Of a stretch of DNA of 64,000 nt, positions 30,100 through 42,771 are shown piece by piece (positions within the stretch are counted from its first letter, which is position 1; every line of letters begins with the position of its first letter). Both the position numbers and the translations under genes were made by a program. The notes beneath the pieces are model-generated. The model was not told the origin of the DNA and ran no database searches. It saw only the letters and a list, made by a program, of their open reading frames with translations. This stretch comes from Saccostrea cucullata (Eukaryota): the NCBI RefSeq assembly GCF_032062105.1, contig NW_026931011.1, positions 248,001 to 312,000 of the forward strand, written 5' to 3'.

Positions 30100-30823
30100 C
30101 GCATGCCCCCGTTTTAAATTGAAGAGTCGGGGTATATAATTTATGCCCTGTTCGTCCGTCTGTCAGTTTGTCCATAAAAAAACCTTACCTTTCCCATATA
30201 AATTTTGACTGGTTGGAGCCAGGAGCTGTTGATTTAATTTTACACATGTGTATTCCTTGTGACAAGGCGCTTCTTGGGTACCTATATATTTGACCTCTTG
30301 ACCCTAATCTTGGAGTGTGACCCACTTTTGAAATAAAAAATCACCTTATAAGGCTAATTTTAACCCTGTTCATAACTTTTGAATAGTTGGTGCTTGGGCT
30401 TTCAAATTTCACAAGTAAACTCATTGTTGTGTAACACCATTCCGTTTATAGGCCTTCTTATAATTTCACATGCAGGTGTATTCCATGTGATGAGACCTTT
30501 GTGGCAACGCGCTTTGAAAAGAAATTTCAAATGTTGATTTTTTTTTCTTGAGCTTGGATTTTTACTTACTTTTGAAAAACTTTAACCTTGATCACAACTT
30601 TTTCTTTAATTTATGTACCCCCACCCCCACCCCTAGGTGTCTTTAGTTTGACCATTCAACATTGGAGTTTGACCAATATTTAAAATAAACTTCATTAACC
30701 TTAGTCATATATGCATGCGCATAGGCGTCGGAAGCAAATTGAAAGGGGGGGGGCTAAAAAAAATAGGTAAGCCATAATTTACAATGCTTAGATTATGTCT
30801 ATCTTTGAAAAAATAATATTTAG

Positions 30824-30855
<32 letters not shown>

Positions 30856-31046
30856 CCGGTTCCGACACCAATGATATGTGCTTGGGCATTCGTATTTCAC
30901 AAGTTTATTTATGGACAAATTCTTTCTTTGGGTAAAATTTTTTCGATATCTTGACCTTTTAGTTCTTACATTAGCGAAACTTTAGTATAACTTTCGCCAA
31001 AAGCTGCTATATGGGGACATCAGTGTTTCAAAAAACATTTTTTTTT
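30100..31046 (-). mobile_element. Degenerate Helentron-like element with a nested small TIR element
   Basis: Same end motifs as 19019-19382 (atgcccccg...; ggggacatcagtgtttcaaaaaacatttt). Nested cataggcgtcggaagc...ggttccgacaccaatg at ~30720-30872 with poly-G/poly-C tracts. Confidence 0.55.
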
Positions 31047-31060
31047 AATTGTAGGCACGG

Positions 31061-32776
31061 ATGACTAAGATGGAAAATGAAATATTGAGCTGCATTGTAC
31101 TTGACCAAGATGCTTTTTATGATATCAGAATGTTGGCAGCTGACAAAAGGGAACAGGACTGGGTCACTGACTATCTACCGGAATTATCAACAGCTTCCCG
31201 CGCTCAAGTTCTCTATACTCGAGAACCTATCGCCCGCTACGCCCCAAAACAAAAAATAGCTGAAAAGTTGTGGATATCGAACATCGTTATGTTGGGAAGC
31301 TCCCATGATGGACTTTATTTGGAGAGGACATTCCCGTTGATAGAAGGCATGTGTCAAATCAACGAAACTGACGTAGATGTGGTGTTTGAGTTCACAGGGG
31401 TCACGGTTACAGAGAATCGTGAAACTGGAGGCCAGCATGGGACGATCTTTTTGTTAGAAAACACTTTTCCCGGTTACGTCAAAATGCGTGTGGTAACCGA
31501 ACATCCCAAAGAGCAAGATGAGTCTGAGGAATATTTATTGCCAATGGTTTTAAGAGGAAAACTTGATACAGCGATAAAAAGTTCAAAATTTGCGATGTAC
31601 TTGACCAACAAGACAGACGGCCCGGCTTTACACGGCGCTATTGAGGACGAGCTAGGCGTACATTCTCTGGATTACGTCATTGGTTTGTCCATGCCTTCTT
31701 GGCCCTCCGTGGCATCGGAAATTCTGACCCGTCCTAGAGCATCTGGCTGGCCCTCAGCTCAACTGATCCAGAAAGCAACAAAGCAAGGCTGTGGATTTGT
31801 TCCTGTAGGGCATCCATTAAGTTCTGAGGCACATTTAGAATGGCGGATCTCTTTTGCAATAAGCGAGAGAATTCTACTTTTAAGCCTTACCATAACCCAG
31901 ATCAAGGCCTACGTCTTCTTTAAAGCTCTTTGCAAACTGAATTTATGTAACGATGATGATTCGTTCTTAACATCGTACATGTTAAAGAACGTTTTATTTT
32001 GGACATTGGAAAAAATTCCTTTGGAAATATGGACTTCAGAAAATTTGTTCCAATGCATAAAAGAGCTTGTCACCAGACTAGAGGCCTTTCTAGATGATAG
32101 GTGTATACCGAACTATTTTGTGCCCAGTAGAAATATGATCCAGCACATAGAACAATCAAGGATTTTAGATCTTAGAAATAAACTAGGCATCATGAAAGTT
32201 GATATAATTGGGGAACTCCTACGTCACACTGATGGGCAAAGGATACCGTCCGTTTTAGATTTAAGTTACTCCGGACTGTTTGCAAAACTTGCGGCGCCAG
32301 ATCCTAAGGACCGTTCCCTACTCTTGTCCAACGTTTATTTCATTGCATACTTGACATTGAGGCTCCACGCAGTTAGGTACTTATCAAATTTAAGCATTTC
32401 CACTTTAATGTACATAAGACAACGTGGAAACTGCAGCATTCTGAGAACTGTCCCAGCATGCGCTGCGCGGTTCCTGATAAAAGCTATTATTCATTGTGAC
32501 ACAGATGTGGCTTTGACAACCTACCCAGAGATGAAATCGTTCAATTTAGACATTCTCACCTTACGACAACGAGCTGTAGCTTTCATAGCAACAGAAATTT
32601 ACAAAGGAAAGCTAAAAAATGTTATAGATGACCAAGAGTTCGCCACCAATGAGGCTGTATCTGTGCTTCCCGAGTTCCATGTGTTTGTTGAATGGGTGGA
32701 TCTAACCTGTCGGTGGTGCGGAAGCACGCCTCTGATTGATGGACAGAGCAGATGGACTGTATATGACATAGACTAA
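31061..32776 (+). CDS. Mab-21 domain nucleotidyltransferase, cGAS-like receptor (cGLR), 571 aa, single coding exon
   Basis: hGS motif (MLGSSHDG), DxD (TDVDVV), third acidic residue (LDYV), WP..A...R...GWP, WRISFAISE, LTSYMLKNVLFW and IPNYFVP.RNM, all characteristic of Mab-21/cGLR. Splice acceptor ttgtag|GCACGG immediately upstream. Confidence 0.9.
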   Translation: MTKMENEILSCIVLDQDAFYDIRMLAADKREQDWVTDYLPELSTASRAQVLYTREPIARYAPKQKIAEKLWISNIVMLGSSHDGLYLERTFPLIEGMCQINETDVDVVFEFTGVTVTENRETGGQHGTIFLLENTFPGYVKMRVVTEHPKEQDESEEYLLPMVLRGKLDTAIKSSKFAMYLTNKTDGPALHGAIEDELGVHSLDYVIGLSMPSWPSVASEILTRPRASGWPSAQLIQKATKQGCGFVPVGHPLSSEAHLEWRISFAISERILLLSLTITQIKAYVFFKALCKLNLCNDDDSFLTSYMLKNVLFWTLEKIPLEIWTSENLFQCIKELVTRLEAFLDDRCIPNYFVPSRNMIQHIEQSRILDLRNKLGIMKVDIIGELLRHTDGQRIPSVLDLSYSGLFAKLAAPDPKDRSLLLSNVYFIAYLTLRLHAVRYLSNLSISTLMYIRQRGNCSILRTVPACAARFLIKAIIHCDTDVALTTYPEMKSFNLDILTLRQRAVAFIATEIYKGKLKNVIDDQEFATNEAVSVLPEFHVFVEWVDLTCRWCGSTPLIDGQSRWTVYDID

Positions 32777-33294
32777 GCTGTCAAGGGCACCGCAAAGCGG
32801 AGCATCCCCTTGCAAAGACAGCATTCAACATCGACCGCAATGCAAATTACATCACTTCTGTTTTGCACAAGGACAAACTAACCCACACACACATTGACAG
32901 GCTCGTTTCTATATCCCCTTTAACTCCGTTACGAGCCTTAATCAATCAATGCTTCAAAAAGTTGTTAGGAACCTATCCTACGGGGGCAAATGTGAACATT
33001 TTATACATGTGCATGTATATCAATTAATCCTAGCTGAAAAAAATTATTCTCACAATTCAAAGAAAGCTTCTCTTTGCGAGGGCTAAATTAGTTAATAATC
33101 TCTCCGGTTTGAAAAATGAAGATTATACATATAGAATACTAGTAGACTGTAGCTTTTTCAAATTATATGACATTTTGGCCTGGGTGGGCCACAGTTAAAG
33201 TCAATGCTTTATGGGGGTATTCGATTAAGAATCTTCCATGCTTTCAAATGAAGGAATGAAGACGGAAGTGGATCGAAATTTGAATATATGACCC

Positions 33295-33791
33295 CTATGG
33301 CACGCCAAATTCACAAAAATGAGATAATCATAGATTCACAATTGATAAACTAGGTTTATCGACTGTAAACTATAGTTTACAAACCGTAAACTATAGTTAA
33401 CGATTCGTTAAGTATAGTTTTCATCTGTAAAACTATATTTAACGGTTGATAACTATAGTTTACGAATGATAATCTAAGTTTATCTGTCTGTAATAAGAGT
33501 TAACAATAGATTTTGTTGATAAACATAGATTCACATTTGTAAACTATAGTTTACAATCGTAAACTATAGTTAAGAGTTGTTAATCATAGTTTCACAAATC
33601 GTGAAACTATATTTATCAGATCGTTAACTATAGTTAACGGTTTGTAAACTATAGTTTACAAATCGTGAAACTGTATTTATCAGTTTAAACTATAGTTTAC
33701 AGTCCGTAAACTATAGTTTACAACCGATAAACCTAGTTTATCGACTGTGAAACTATGTTTTGCTCATTTTTGTGGATTTGGCGTGCCATAG
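33295..33791. mobile_element. MITE with internal GTAAACTATAGTTTAC palindromic repeats
   Basis: TIRs CTATGGCACGCCAAATTCACAAAAATGAG / CTCATTTTTGTGGATTTGGCGTGCCATAG. Flanking duplication is ACCC, or GACCCC if the ends are TATGG/CCATA. Confidence 0.85.
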
Positions 33792-34879
33792 ACCCCACCC
33801 TTTTTCCAAAAACACCACGCAAGTCTACAAGTGCATGATCAAATTCAATGTGCATGCATTCCCATCTAATGCTATTTCACGTTAAGACAGATCGTGGATA
33901 TTGGATTATGTTTGAGTGACAATAAGGGATCGAAGTTGTTAATTACAAAATTTATTACAAATTGTTTTCTTTTCTAGATAAAGAACAGAAGCACTTCATA
34001 TAATTACTTAAATTCATGATTGCAAAGATCACGGTAGGGGTCAATATGTAACATCTGAAATTTTGAATCTGAAAAGTTTGTATGGAGCGTAGCGGAGTCA
34101 GCCGAGGATTGAAATTTTGCAAAGAATCCCAAACACATTACCTCTGTTTTTTTTTTTGTTTTTTTTTAAACTAAATTTCAGGTACTCATCTTCTCATCAA
34201 CAAGAACGTTGGCAGTTTTTGCTATTTAATATACGGAATTTATATAAGAATATATTTAACAATCCAGGATTTCATTTTTTCTTGTTTGAGGGAGAGGAAA
34301 AGTGTGTAAATTAAATTACCTACATGATTTGAAAAAAAAAATTTAAACACTTTTTTTTTTTAATAACCCTGATCGCATGTTGAAAGAGGGAGCATGCAAG
34401 TGAATATATGTATATAACCTTTCCCGTCTTGAAATTAAGTTACAAATAAAATTATTACAAAACTGAAAAAAATTAAAATAAAATTCTGCAATGAAAGTGT
34501 AATTAGTACACATAGATATTTTGTAGATTTAACTATTTATTTAAAACACCGTAACGACAGCAGATTTTATATTTAAATGGATAGCGGCAGATCTCGGCGG
34601 ATTATAAAGCGGCTAATCACCAAACATAATCACGTCGTTGAGGAATTATTTTGTTTTCTTAATCCCCTCATTAAAATCTGCGTATGACATGTTAAAATAA
34701 GAAAAATACACGATTAATCAAGCAAAGACACTAAGATATATTCGATTTCATCCAAACTTTTACCTAAACTAGAAACATATGCGTACTGAAAATTTTGAAA
34801 GGAAATCATACGAAAGATAAGAGAGACGCAAAAAAAGTTGGAGAGCGCGCCGGAATTCGAGGGATTCAGCGCGTGCACA

Positions 34880-34906
34880 GTTGCTAAGGTAACTTTCACC
34901 GGAAGT
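34880..34906 (+). promoter_or_regulatory. RFX X-box plus ETS site in ODAD4 promoter
   Basis: GTTGCTAAGGTAAC (34880-34893) about 60 bp upstream of the ATG of a motile-cilia gene, with CCGGAAGT adjacent. Confidence 0.8.
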
Positions 34907-34954
34907 TTACATTGGTGTTGAGAGAAGGTTGGTGAAAGCTGTAACGTGAACAAA

Positions 34955-37900
34955 ATGTACGACGGCGATGAATCTGAGGGCCCTAAAGGAACTTTTGAAA
35001 TATACAAAGCAGAAGCAGATTCACTTTTTAAGCAGGGAGAATACAAGAAATCTATAGATAGCTACACAATCGTAAGTATTCAATTTCAAAACTGACACCT
35101 GTTTATATGCATAACACGATGGGATCTTTCGAGGGGTTATTAATGAAAATGCAGTCGGCGTGAGTCGCTATTTTCATGTCCTATATATTGCTAAAGAATT
35201 AGAAATTGTCTCAAAGTATATTATATAGCTTTATTATTAGAAATATAATATAGATCTACATATTTATAATTTTATATTTAAGAAATGTATTTTTTTTTTT
35301 TTGCTTTTTTTTTCTTGTATTCATATTATCTAAGCGATATGTTAGTATTAGTACTATTTTTAAATAAATTAAGATCTTTAAATTGCACTTTATACAGTAT
35401 GCATGCATATGATTTATGTCTCTAAATAAGGAGTTGTTAATTATAGCCTATACCCACAAAATATCAATTTGTTAAAATAAATGATTACTGAGAAATGTAC
35501 TAACAGATAAAGTTTACACTTGCGAGAATTTTTTTTTCAAATAATGTTAATTTCAAGCTGTGTTTCCATATTTCAGGCTTTAGAGTTACAGCCAGGAGAC
35601 AAGAACTGTCTGGTCTGTCGGTCCAAATGTTACCTACAGCTGGGGGACACACAAAATGCCTTGGTCGATGCAGAGGCCTCATTATCAGAGGATAAAACTT
35701 TCCACAAGGTACAGAGTTCATGGATAAAGTGATCTCCCTTTATATGAAAACATATCAGTGGATGATATTTTTCATAATGTCTACAGCAAAAATTAAAGTA
35801 TTTTATGAACAATTATACGTTGTATTTTCACGAATCATACGATTATATTTTTGCCAACAAAATTATTTTAGCTGTTCTATACTTTATGCATCCTGACAAT
35901 GTTTTTTTTAGGGAGTTTACCAGAAAGCCCAGGCCCTATACTACCAGGGAGATTTTGAGATGTCCCTTGTCTTCTATCACAGAGGACACAAACTAAGGCC
36001 AGAGCTACAAGAATTCAGGCTGGGTATACAGAAGGCACAGGAGGCCATTGACAATTCTGTTGGAGGTATTTTATCTCAGAGACAATCCTATTTCAAGAGT
36101 TATAAAGTGGTTGACATCAGCCAATACAGTTGTTCCCAGTGCCTTCTAAAATACATTTAGATCTATTGCCTGGCATTATAATTAAGACTGTGTATTTTGT
36201 GAGTAATATTGTTTTCTACATATTTTACTCCACACTTCCTTTCTTTTTTTTAGCCCCAGACAAAGTGCAGTTGACAACTGAAGGGGATTTATCATTCTTT
36301 GCAAAGCAAGATGATGTGAGCAATAGTCATTACTTCAGTCATCTTCTTTTCTTTAAACATACTTGTACATTTGCATGAACAGTTTTGAAAAGTATTGACA
36401 TCTCTTGATGCCATGCATCCAACGGCTTCTGTATGAGCAAAGAATGTACTAACCATCTTGTTATTGTGCTCTTTTGCAACAATATTGGAAGTTAGATGGA
36501 ATATTTCAAGGAAATTGATGTCATGAATGAAAATAACACTCTGTATAGCAAAATGAATTTTGTAATTAATTTTCCAGAAAAAGATAAAGAAGCCCACCTA
36601 CAACACATATGGCCGGCCTGGCATGCAGACCCAGAAGAAGCTGGAGATCAGCCGACCTGCTGGGAATGAGAAGACCATCAAACAACTACTGGGGGAGCTG
36701 TATGGGGACAGACAATACCTAGAGAAACTACTCAAAGAAACAGGTGACAGATTACTTAATACTTTTAAAGGGACTTTTCAAAAACCTAACATCAAATAAA
36801 ATAAAATTCTTAGAACAGTTCTTTGACAAAAGGAAACAAGAATGTCAGTGCACATTTATGAAACTATTTGAATAGAATCTGATGCAAGACATTAAATTTT
36901 CCATCTGATGCAGTCTTTTGCACCTATAAACAGGAAATATTTCGTCTGACATTTTTAATTCTAATAACAAAAAAACTTCATCACAAATAACATTTTGATG
37001 TCATTAGATCCCAACACTCCTGTGGGTAAGACCATTTCTGGACTGGTTTCCCAGGGCCTTAACTACCTGGACACCAGAACCGACTTCTGGAGACAACAGA
37101 AACCAATGTACGCCCGTAAACACGAGAAACAGATTATGAGGAGAGACAAACGAACCGAGCAGTCCAGCACTGGAAAACTGTCACCGAATGACTACATCAT
37201 CAGGGAGCTGGAAAGGATCGATCAAGGTAAATCATTGAAAATTGCAAAGAAACTATACTGTAAATGATAAAATTGGAAATGATGGACAAGAAATGGAGGT
37301 GAAGATTCTCATAAAAAATGTCTTACAGCCCAAGTGGAGGGTAAATATCCAGAGAGTCTGAAGCGCGCCCAGCGTTGTCTGAACACAGTCAGTGGTTTCA
37401 CAGAGGACGTCGTACCAAACAAGATGGAGGTGATCGCCAATCTGCATAGCTGTATAGGAAATGCTTACCTAGAACTGGGCAGCTATGATAAGGCCCAGGA
37501 GCAGCACCAGATAGACTACAACCTCGGCGAAGAACAGTAAGTCGCAAAAAGATATTTCTAAAAACATTTCTTGAAGACTTATATTTGGAGTTGATTTTAT
37601 GCTTTTTTAAAGGTTTTAAGTTTAGAATAGGTTTTTATTTGCTTGTTGAAAGACAAACAAATAATATGCCACGTTGGTTGTTTTAGTGATATGGAGGAGG
37701 CCTGCTCTAGAGGACTGGATAATCTTGGTAGAGTGTACGCTAGAAAGGGAGACTATAGCCAGGCCATCACAGTGTAAGTACTACTTACTGTTATGTGGTA
37801 TTAGCCAATGCGTAGGTTTGGTCCAGTGCTTTACTTACAGGTTGAGGTTGTGTTCAGCTTTAAACAAATATATAACTAAACTGATTAGAATACTGTTCCA

Positions 37901-39121
37901 CTCATTCACACATAATTTAGCTAGAACATTAGAAAAGAACTTTGAAAAATATGCTTATACAATACATTATAAACATATTCAATGCAGATGGGAAAAGAAA
38001 TTACCTTTATCAAAGTCAGCATTGGAGAGTACCTGGTTGTACCACGAAATTGGACGATGTTACCTGGAGATGGGAAAATATCCGACTGCCAAGGAGCATG
38101 GAGAGAAGTCGCTAGCGTTAGCAGAGGAGGCGTCAGAACCACAGTGGCAGCTTCAGGCCTCAGTTCTAGTGGCCCAGTCCGAATGTGAGTAGTGAGGAGG
38201 ATAATTGATTTTTTTTTTCAAATTCAGTAAATTAATTCTTAAAATTCTTTAATTAATCTGATAAATTTCTGTTTGCAGTAAAACTAGGAGATTTGAGTGC
38301 TGCATTATCATCATTTGAATTATCATTAGACCTCGCCAGAACACAAGGTGAGTAGATTTATATGAACCCTTTCTAACTTATAACTACTCCAACCAGCAAT
38401 GAAGGGTGGGGAGGGGGTACAGAAAATGGGATTTGTCCTGCAAAAATATTTTTCCAATCTAGGCCTATCAAATCCAGTAGATTTTGGAAAAAAAAATTTT
38501 TTTCCAAAGAAAGTCATGTCTTCTGAACAGAGTTATGAACCTGTGAACTTTTGATTTTGTATGTGATTATAAAGCAATTTTTCAAAACTTTTCGTCATAT
38601 TTTTTCAGGAGATACATCAGCAGAGGCAGCTATTAAAAAAGCAATTGACGATGTCAACAATAAAATTGCCAAAGGTTCATCAACGTCAGTAAAACCAGCA
38701 GAGGGTGAAAACGACACCTCTAACAACGCTGCTAGTCCAACCAACGAGAAAGATAACGCCAGTGTCAAAAGCAAGACTGTCTCCATCAAGGAGAGTCCCA
38801 AATCGGCAAAATCTGAGGCAAAATCGGAGGCAAAATCGGAGGAGAAAACGGAACAGAAAACAGATCAGGAGGATAAAAAGAGTTCGGGGGAACCGCAATC
38901 AAACGAGGATAAGGATGCTGGGTAAGAGATTGTTTAATTTCTGAATTCTTCAAATTTGCTCAAATTGTAATTTCAGATTTACTTTTTTTTTTGTGTAAAG
39001 GGGGGTGCTTTTAATAGCAATTTCATGTTTTTGGATAACTATTTTTAGAGATGATGACACCAATGAAGCCAACAAAAGTCAGGACCAGGGGAAGGAGAGC
39101 CCAACTAAAGACGTATCATAG
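34955..39121 (+). CDS. ODAD4: Outer dynein arm docking complex subunit 4 / TTC25 (TPR protein), 598 aa, 12 coding exons
   Basis: Exons 34955-35071, 35577-35708, 35912-36065, 36254-36315, 36578-36743, 37008-37226, 37329-37536, 37687-37773, 37988-38184, 38279-38347, 38609-38921 and 39049-39121 (1797 nt). Diagnostic motifs FYHRGHKLRPELQEFRLGIQKAQEAIDNSVG, LGELYGDRQYLEKLL and FWRQQKPMYAR. Confidence 0.93.
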
Positions 39122-41551
39122 TTAGCAGTCAGCTATCCCCAACATCTGACGACCATCAAACTGGATTAAAAGAAAGATAATTAACTTTAATAATTTGGAA
39201 TTATTTGTAAATATTTTAATCTCCTTTACTAGAGAGAGAGATTTTGTTACCATATCAGTATTCAGGCTATTTAATCTTGTTATTACTGCCAAAATATTTT
39301 CTGTTTTAAAGAATATTGTCCAAGGTTTATTTTTAACATTTTTACAACTGTTAAATATATTTTGTTTAAAAGTATATATATTAATAATAACAATTGAAAA
39401 ATAGATATATTTAATTTTACAAAACCTGCCTTCAAGTATCAGCTAATATAGAGTGATGATTGGTTTGAGGTACAGTGTATGTGGATATATTATACACTTT
39501 ACTAAACGTATCAAATGCACTTTCAACAAAATTGGCATCAAAAATTGCATGAAAATAATGATACATAGCTTTGCTCTGCGTGAACTATAAAAGATAGTCA
39601 TTTTACCTTCTGAACTTTATAGAGGAAACATTTCAACAGAAGTATAATAAGATTGGTTATACTGTACAGTATTTTTTACCATTATAAATATCTGATATAA
39701 AAAAAGATTGATATTTAGCTCACCTGAGCTATGACTTAAGGAAATACGAAAAGTACTTTACCTACCGATAATTTTTCAAGTGTCTAAATTCAAACTTCTA
39801 ATACCATTACATGTTTTTAGACAAAAAATCAGCATGCGTTACGTACCAAGGGTTTTGAAAAGATATCAAATTGTGTAAATTTTTGCATTATTCAAAGAAA
39901 AATACAAAAATTACAAAACATAAATCCCAGAATTTTTTCACCAAAAATCGTTTGAGAAGAGTTGTACAAATCCATATGTAGACAGTAAAAGTATTGCACA
40001 CAGGTCTTTCATTTAGTGGAACTCTTCAACTCTAGGGAAGAACCCAATAAAGTTCAAAGTACGTTACGTATGACCTTGTCAAGCGTCTGTACATCTGCCT
40101 GTATACTTTAATCTTTTGATGTTCTCAAGAATCGTTGAACGAATTTCGACAAAATTTGACATACAGCAAATATGTAATTAGTTAAAATGAATTAACAATT
40201 GTACAATGGTACTGTTTAGGCTGATATCATTCCAAAATTTTACAATTTATAAAAGAAATTTAGATCTGTAAAGGTCCTCTGTATAAAAATAGTGCCGCAA
40301 AAAATGCAGGAAAAAAATCTACACTTAAATAAAATTGAATGTCAAGGCTATATATAGATACTGAAGCAATTGCAAAGTGTTAATACAAATTTGCTTTAAT
40401 AATTCAAGTTAAGGTTGAAGTTTTAATATTACATTTTTTTTATTGGAATAAAGAGGGAACAAGTATTCTAAAGAACAGCAGTGTTATATTAACTCATGTG
40501 AGCGTTTAAGCCTAAGGGCCTTTGTCTTCAGTGATCATTTTGGCCATTATTGACAAGTAAAAACATATACATGTATTTTTTAAAAAAATTAAGTATGGAA
40601 TTATGAATAATAAAAAGAAGGATTTATTAATTTTAATTAAAAGTTCGGATACCTTTAAAAACTTTTATTGAGCTTTATAGTAAATTGTGAGATATCGAGA
40701 AGCTATCTTCCTGCTCAACTGTAATACCCGTTGCTCAAATAGAGCATGGGAAACGCATATGAAAAAAGAGACTCAGGCATAAATTTATTGAATAAGCATT
40801 TCAGAAATCTAGCCATATGATTGCAAGAAATTTAAATCCGTCATTAATTTGATATGACCTTTGACATTAATCAACAGATTATAGTCTCAATATAAGAAGG
40901 GTGATCTGATGACAATGGCGGAGACAGATGTTAAAGATAATGTCCAATCATTCCACAGGGGCAACCTTCCTACGGGAATCTTGGTACCATACCAACTTAT
41001 CATTTAACCATTTATGATGTAGGAAAAAATTAGACATTTGTTATAACACGAGGTTATTACGTGGGATCAACCAAAAGGCTCTCATCGTTAAAGCATAAAA
41101 AGTTTTTGCAGGTGGGCTCTCGTTATTACGTAAACCAGCTTTTTGGTTGCAGCATGTTTCCAATGTGAGAAAAAGGTTAAAGTTTCGATTCACCTTTTGC
41201 CAAATGAAAATACAGACTGATTATTAGCTGTGATAAAAAAAAATCTTATATTGGCTGTAAAATTGGTAATACCATTTGCTCTAGTCGGCATCTGGCCCGA
41301 AATACCTCCAGTTACCGCCAATACCGTCTTAATAAAATGGAAATCTAATAGGAGACTTGCACCTTCTTTGGAAATGTATCATAACCAGGATTAGCAGGAT
41401 TAAAAGATTTGGCTTCCAGGCTCGTTATTAAGTAAAACACATATATTGAGTACATATACTGAGAACAAATGAACACAACAGGTAGGAGAGTGAAGTGGTG
41501 AAATGTTGTGTCAGTTGTTATGATATTGAATTGACAACTGCAGCTGACAAG

Positions 41552-42711
41552 ATGAGCGGAAATAAGGACCTTAAGCAAAGGAAGACGGAAGTCCTTAATA
41601 ATTCTTACCGGAAGGACGGATTAGTTAAGTATGCCACCGGGGACTACAAGGGTGCCTTAAAGCTGTTCAACCTGGTAAGTCGTGGTATCAGCTGCATTAA
41701 AATTTATGTATCATCCAATCCTGTTAGAAGCAGTAGATGAAGACAACATCTACAGTTCCTTTCCGCACATCATCTCTAAAAAAAATCGACCTTTCATAAT
41801 TTCTCTCATATGGAGACTAAAGAACCATCGGAAGCCCCAAATTGCCTCATAGAAATTCATATTGTAGAAATAATTTTATGTATGAAATATATGGAGATAA
41901 CGAACAGTATTAAAGGTAGCTCAAAAGTCCATAAAACAATTTTAACAAGAGGCCCAGGGGCCACATCGCTCAAGCAAGTAGGAAAAAAACACATAAAACT
42001 GAAAGTAAACTTTAAAAAGGGGGTCATGATTTGAACAAACTTGAATCTACACTACCTGAGGATGATTCCCTATAAATATAACGAAGCCTGGCTTTGAAGT
42101 ACTTGAAAAGAAAATTTTAAAAGGGTTCCCTATATGTTCCTATGTAAAACTTTGATCGACCATTTTGGCCCCACCCTACCCCCGGGGGTCATGATTTGAA
42201 CAAACTTGAATCTACACTACCTGAGGATGATCCCACATGAGTTTCATCTTTCCTGGCCCAGTGGTTCTTGAGAAGAAGATTTTTAAAGATTTTTCCTATA
42301 TACTCCCATGTAAAACTTTGATCCGCCATTTTGGCCCCACCCTTCCCCCGGGGGTCATGATTTGAACAAACTTGAATCTACACTACCTGAGGATGATTCC
42401 ACATGAGTTTCATCTTCCCTGGCCCAGTGGTTCTTGAGAAGAAGATTTTTAAAGATTTTTTTCTATACATTCCTATGTAAAACCCGCCGTGTATTTGAAC
42501 AAATTAAACATCATCTTTCCTGGCTCAAATTTTTAAAGATATTTTAAAAAAAGTCATGATTTGAACAAACTTGAATCTACACTACCTGAGGATGATTCCA
42601 CATGAGTTTCATCTTTCCTGGCCCAGTGATAGAAAGTTTCTTCTTTGGTGAAAATGAGAAGAAGATTTTTTTAAAATGACTGGCCCTTCATTTTGAACAA
42701 ATTATGTTCTT

Positions 42712-42771
<60 letters not shown>

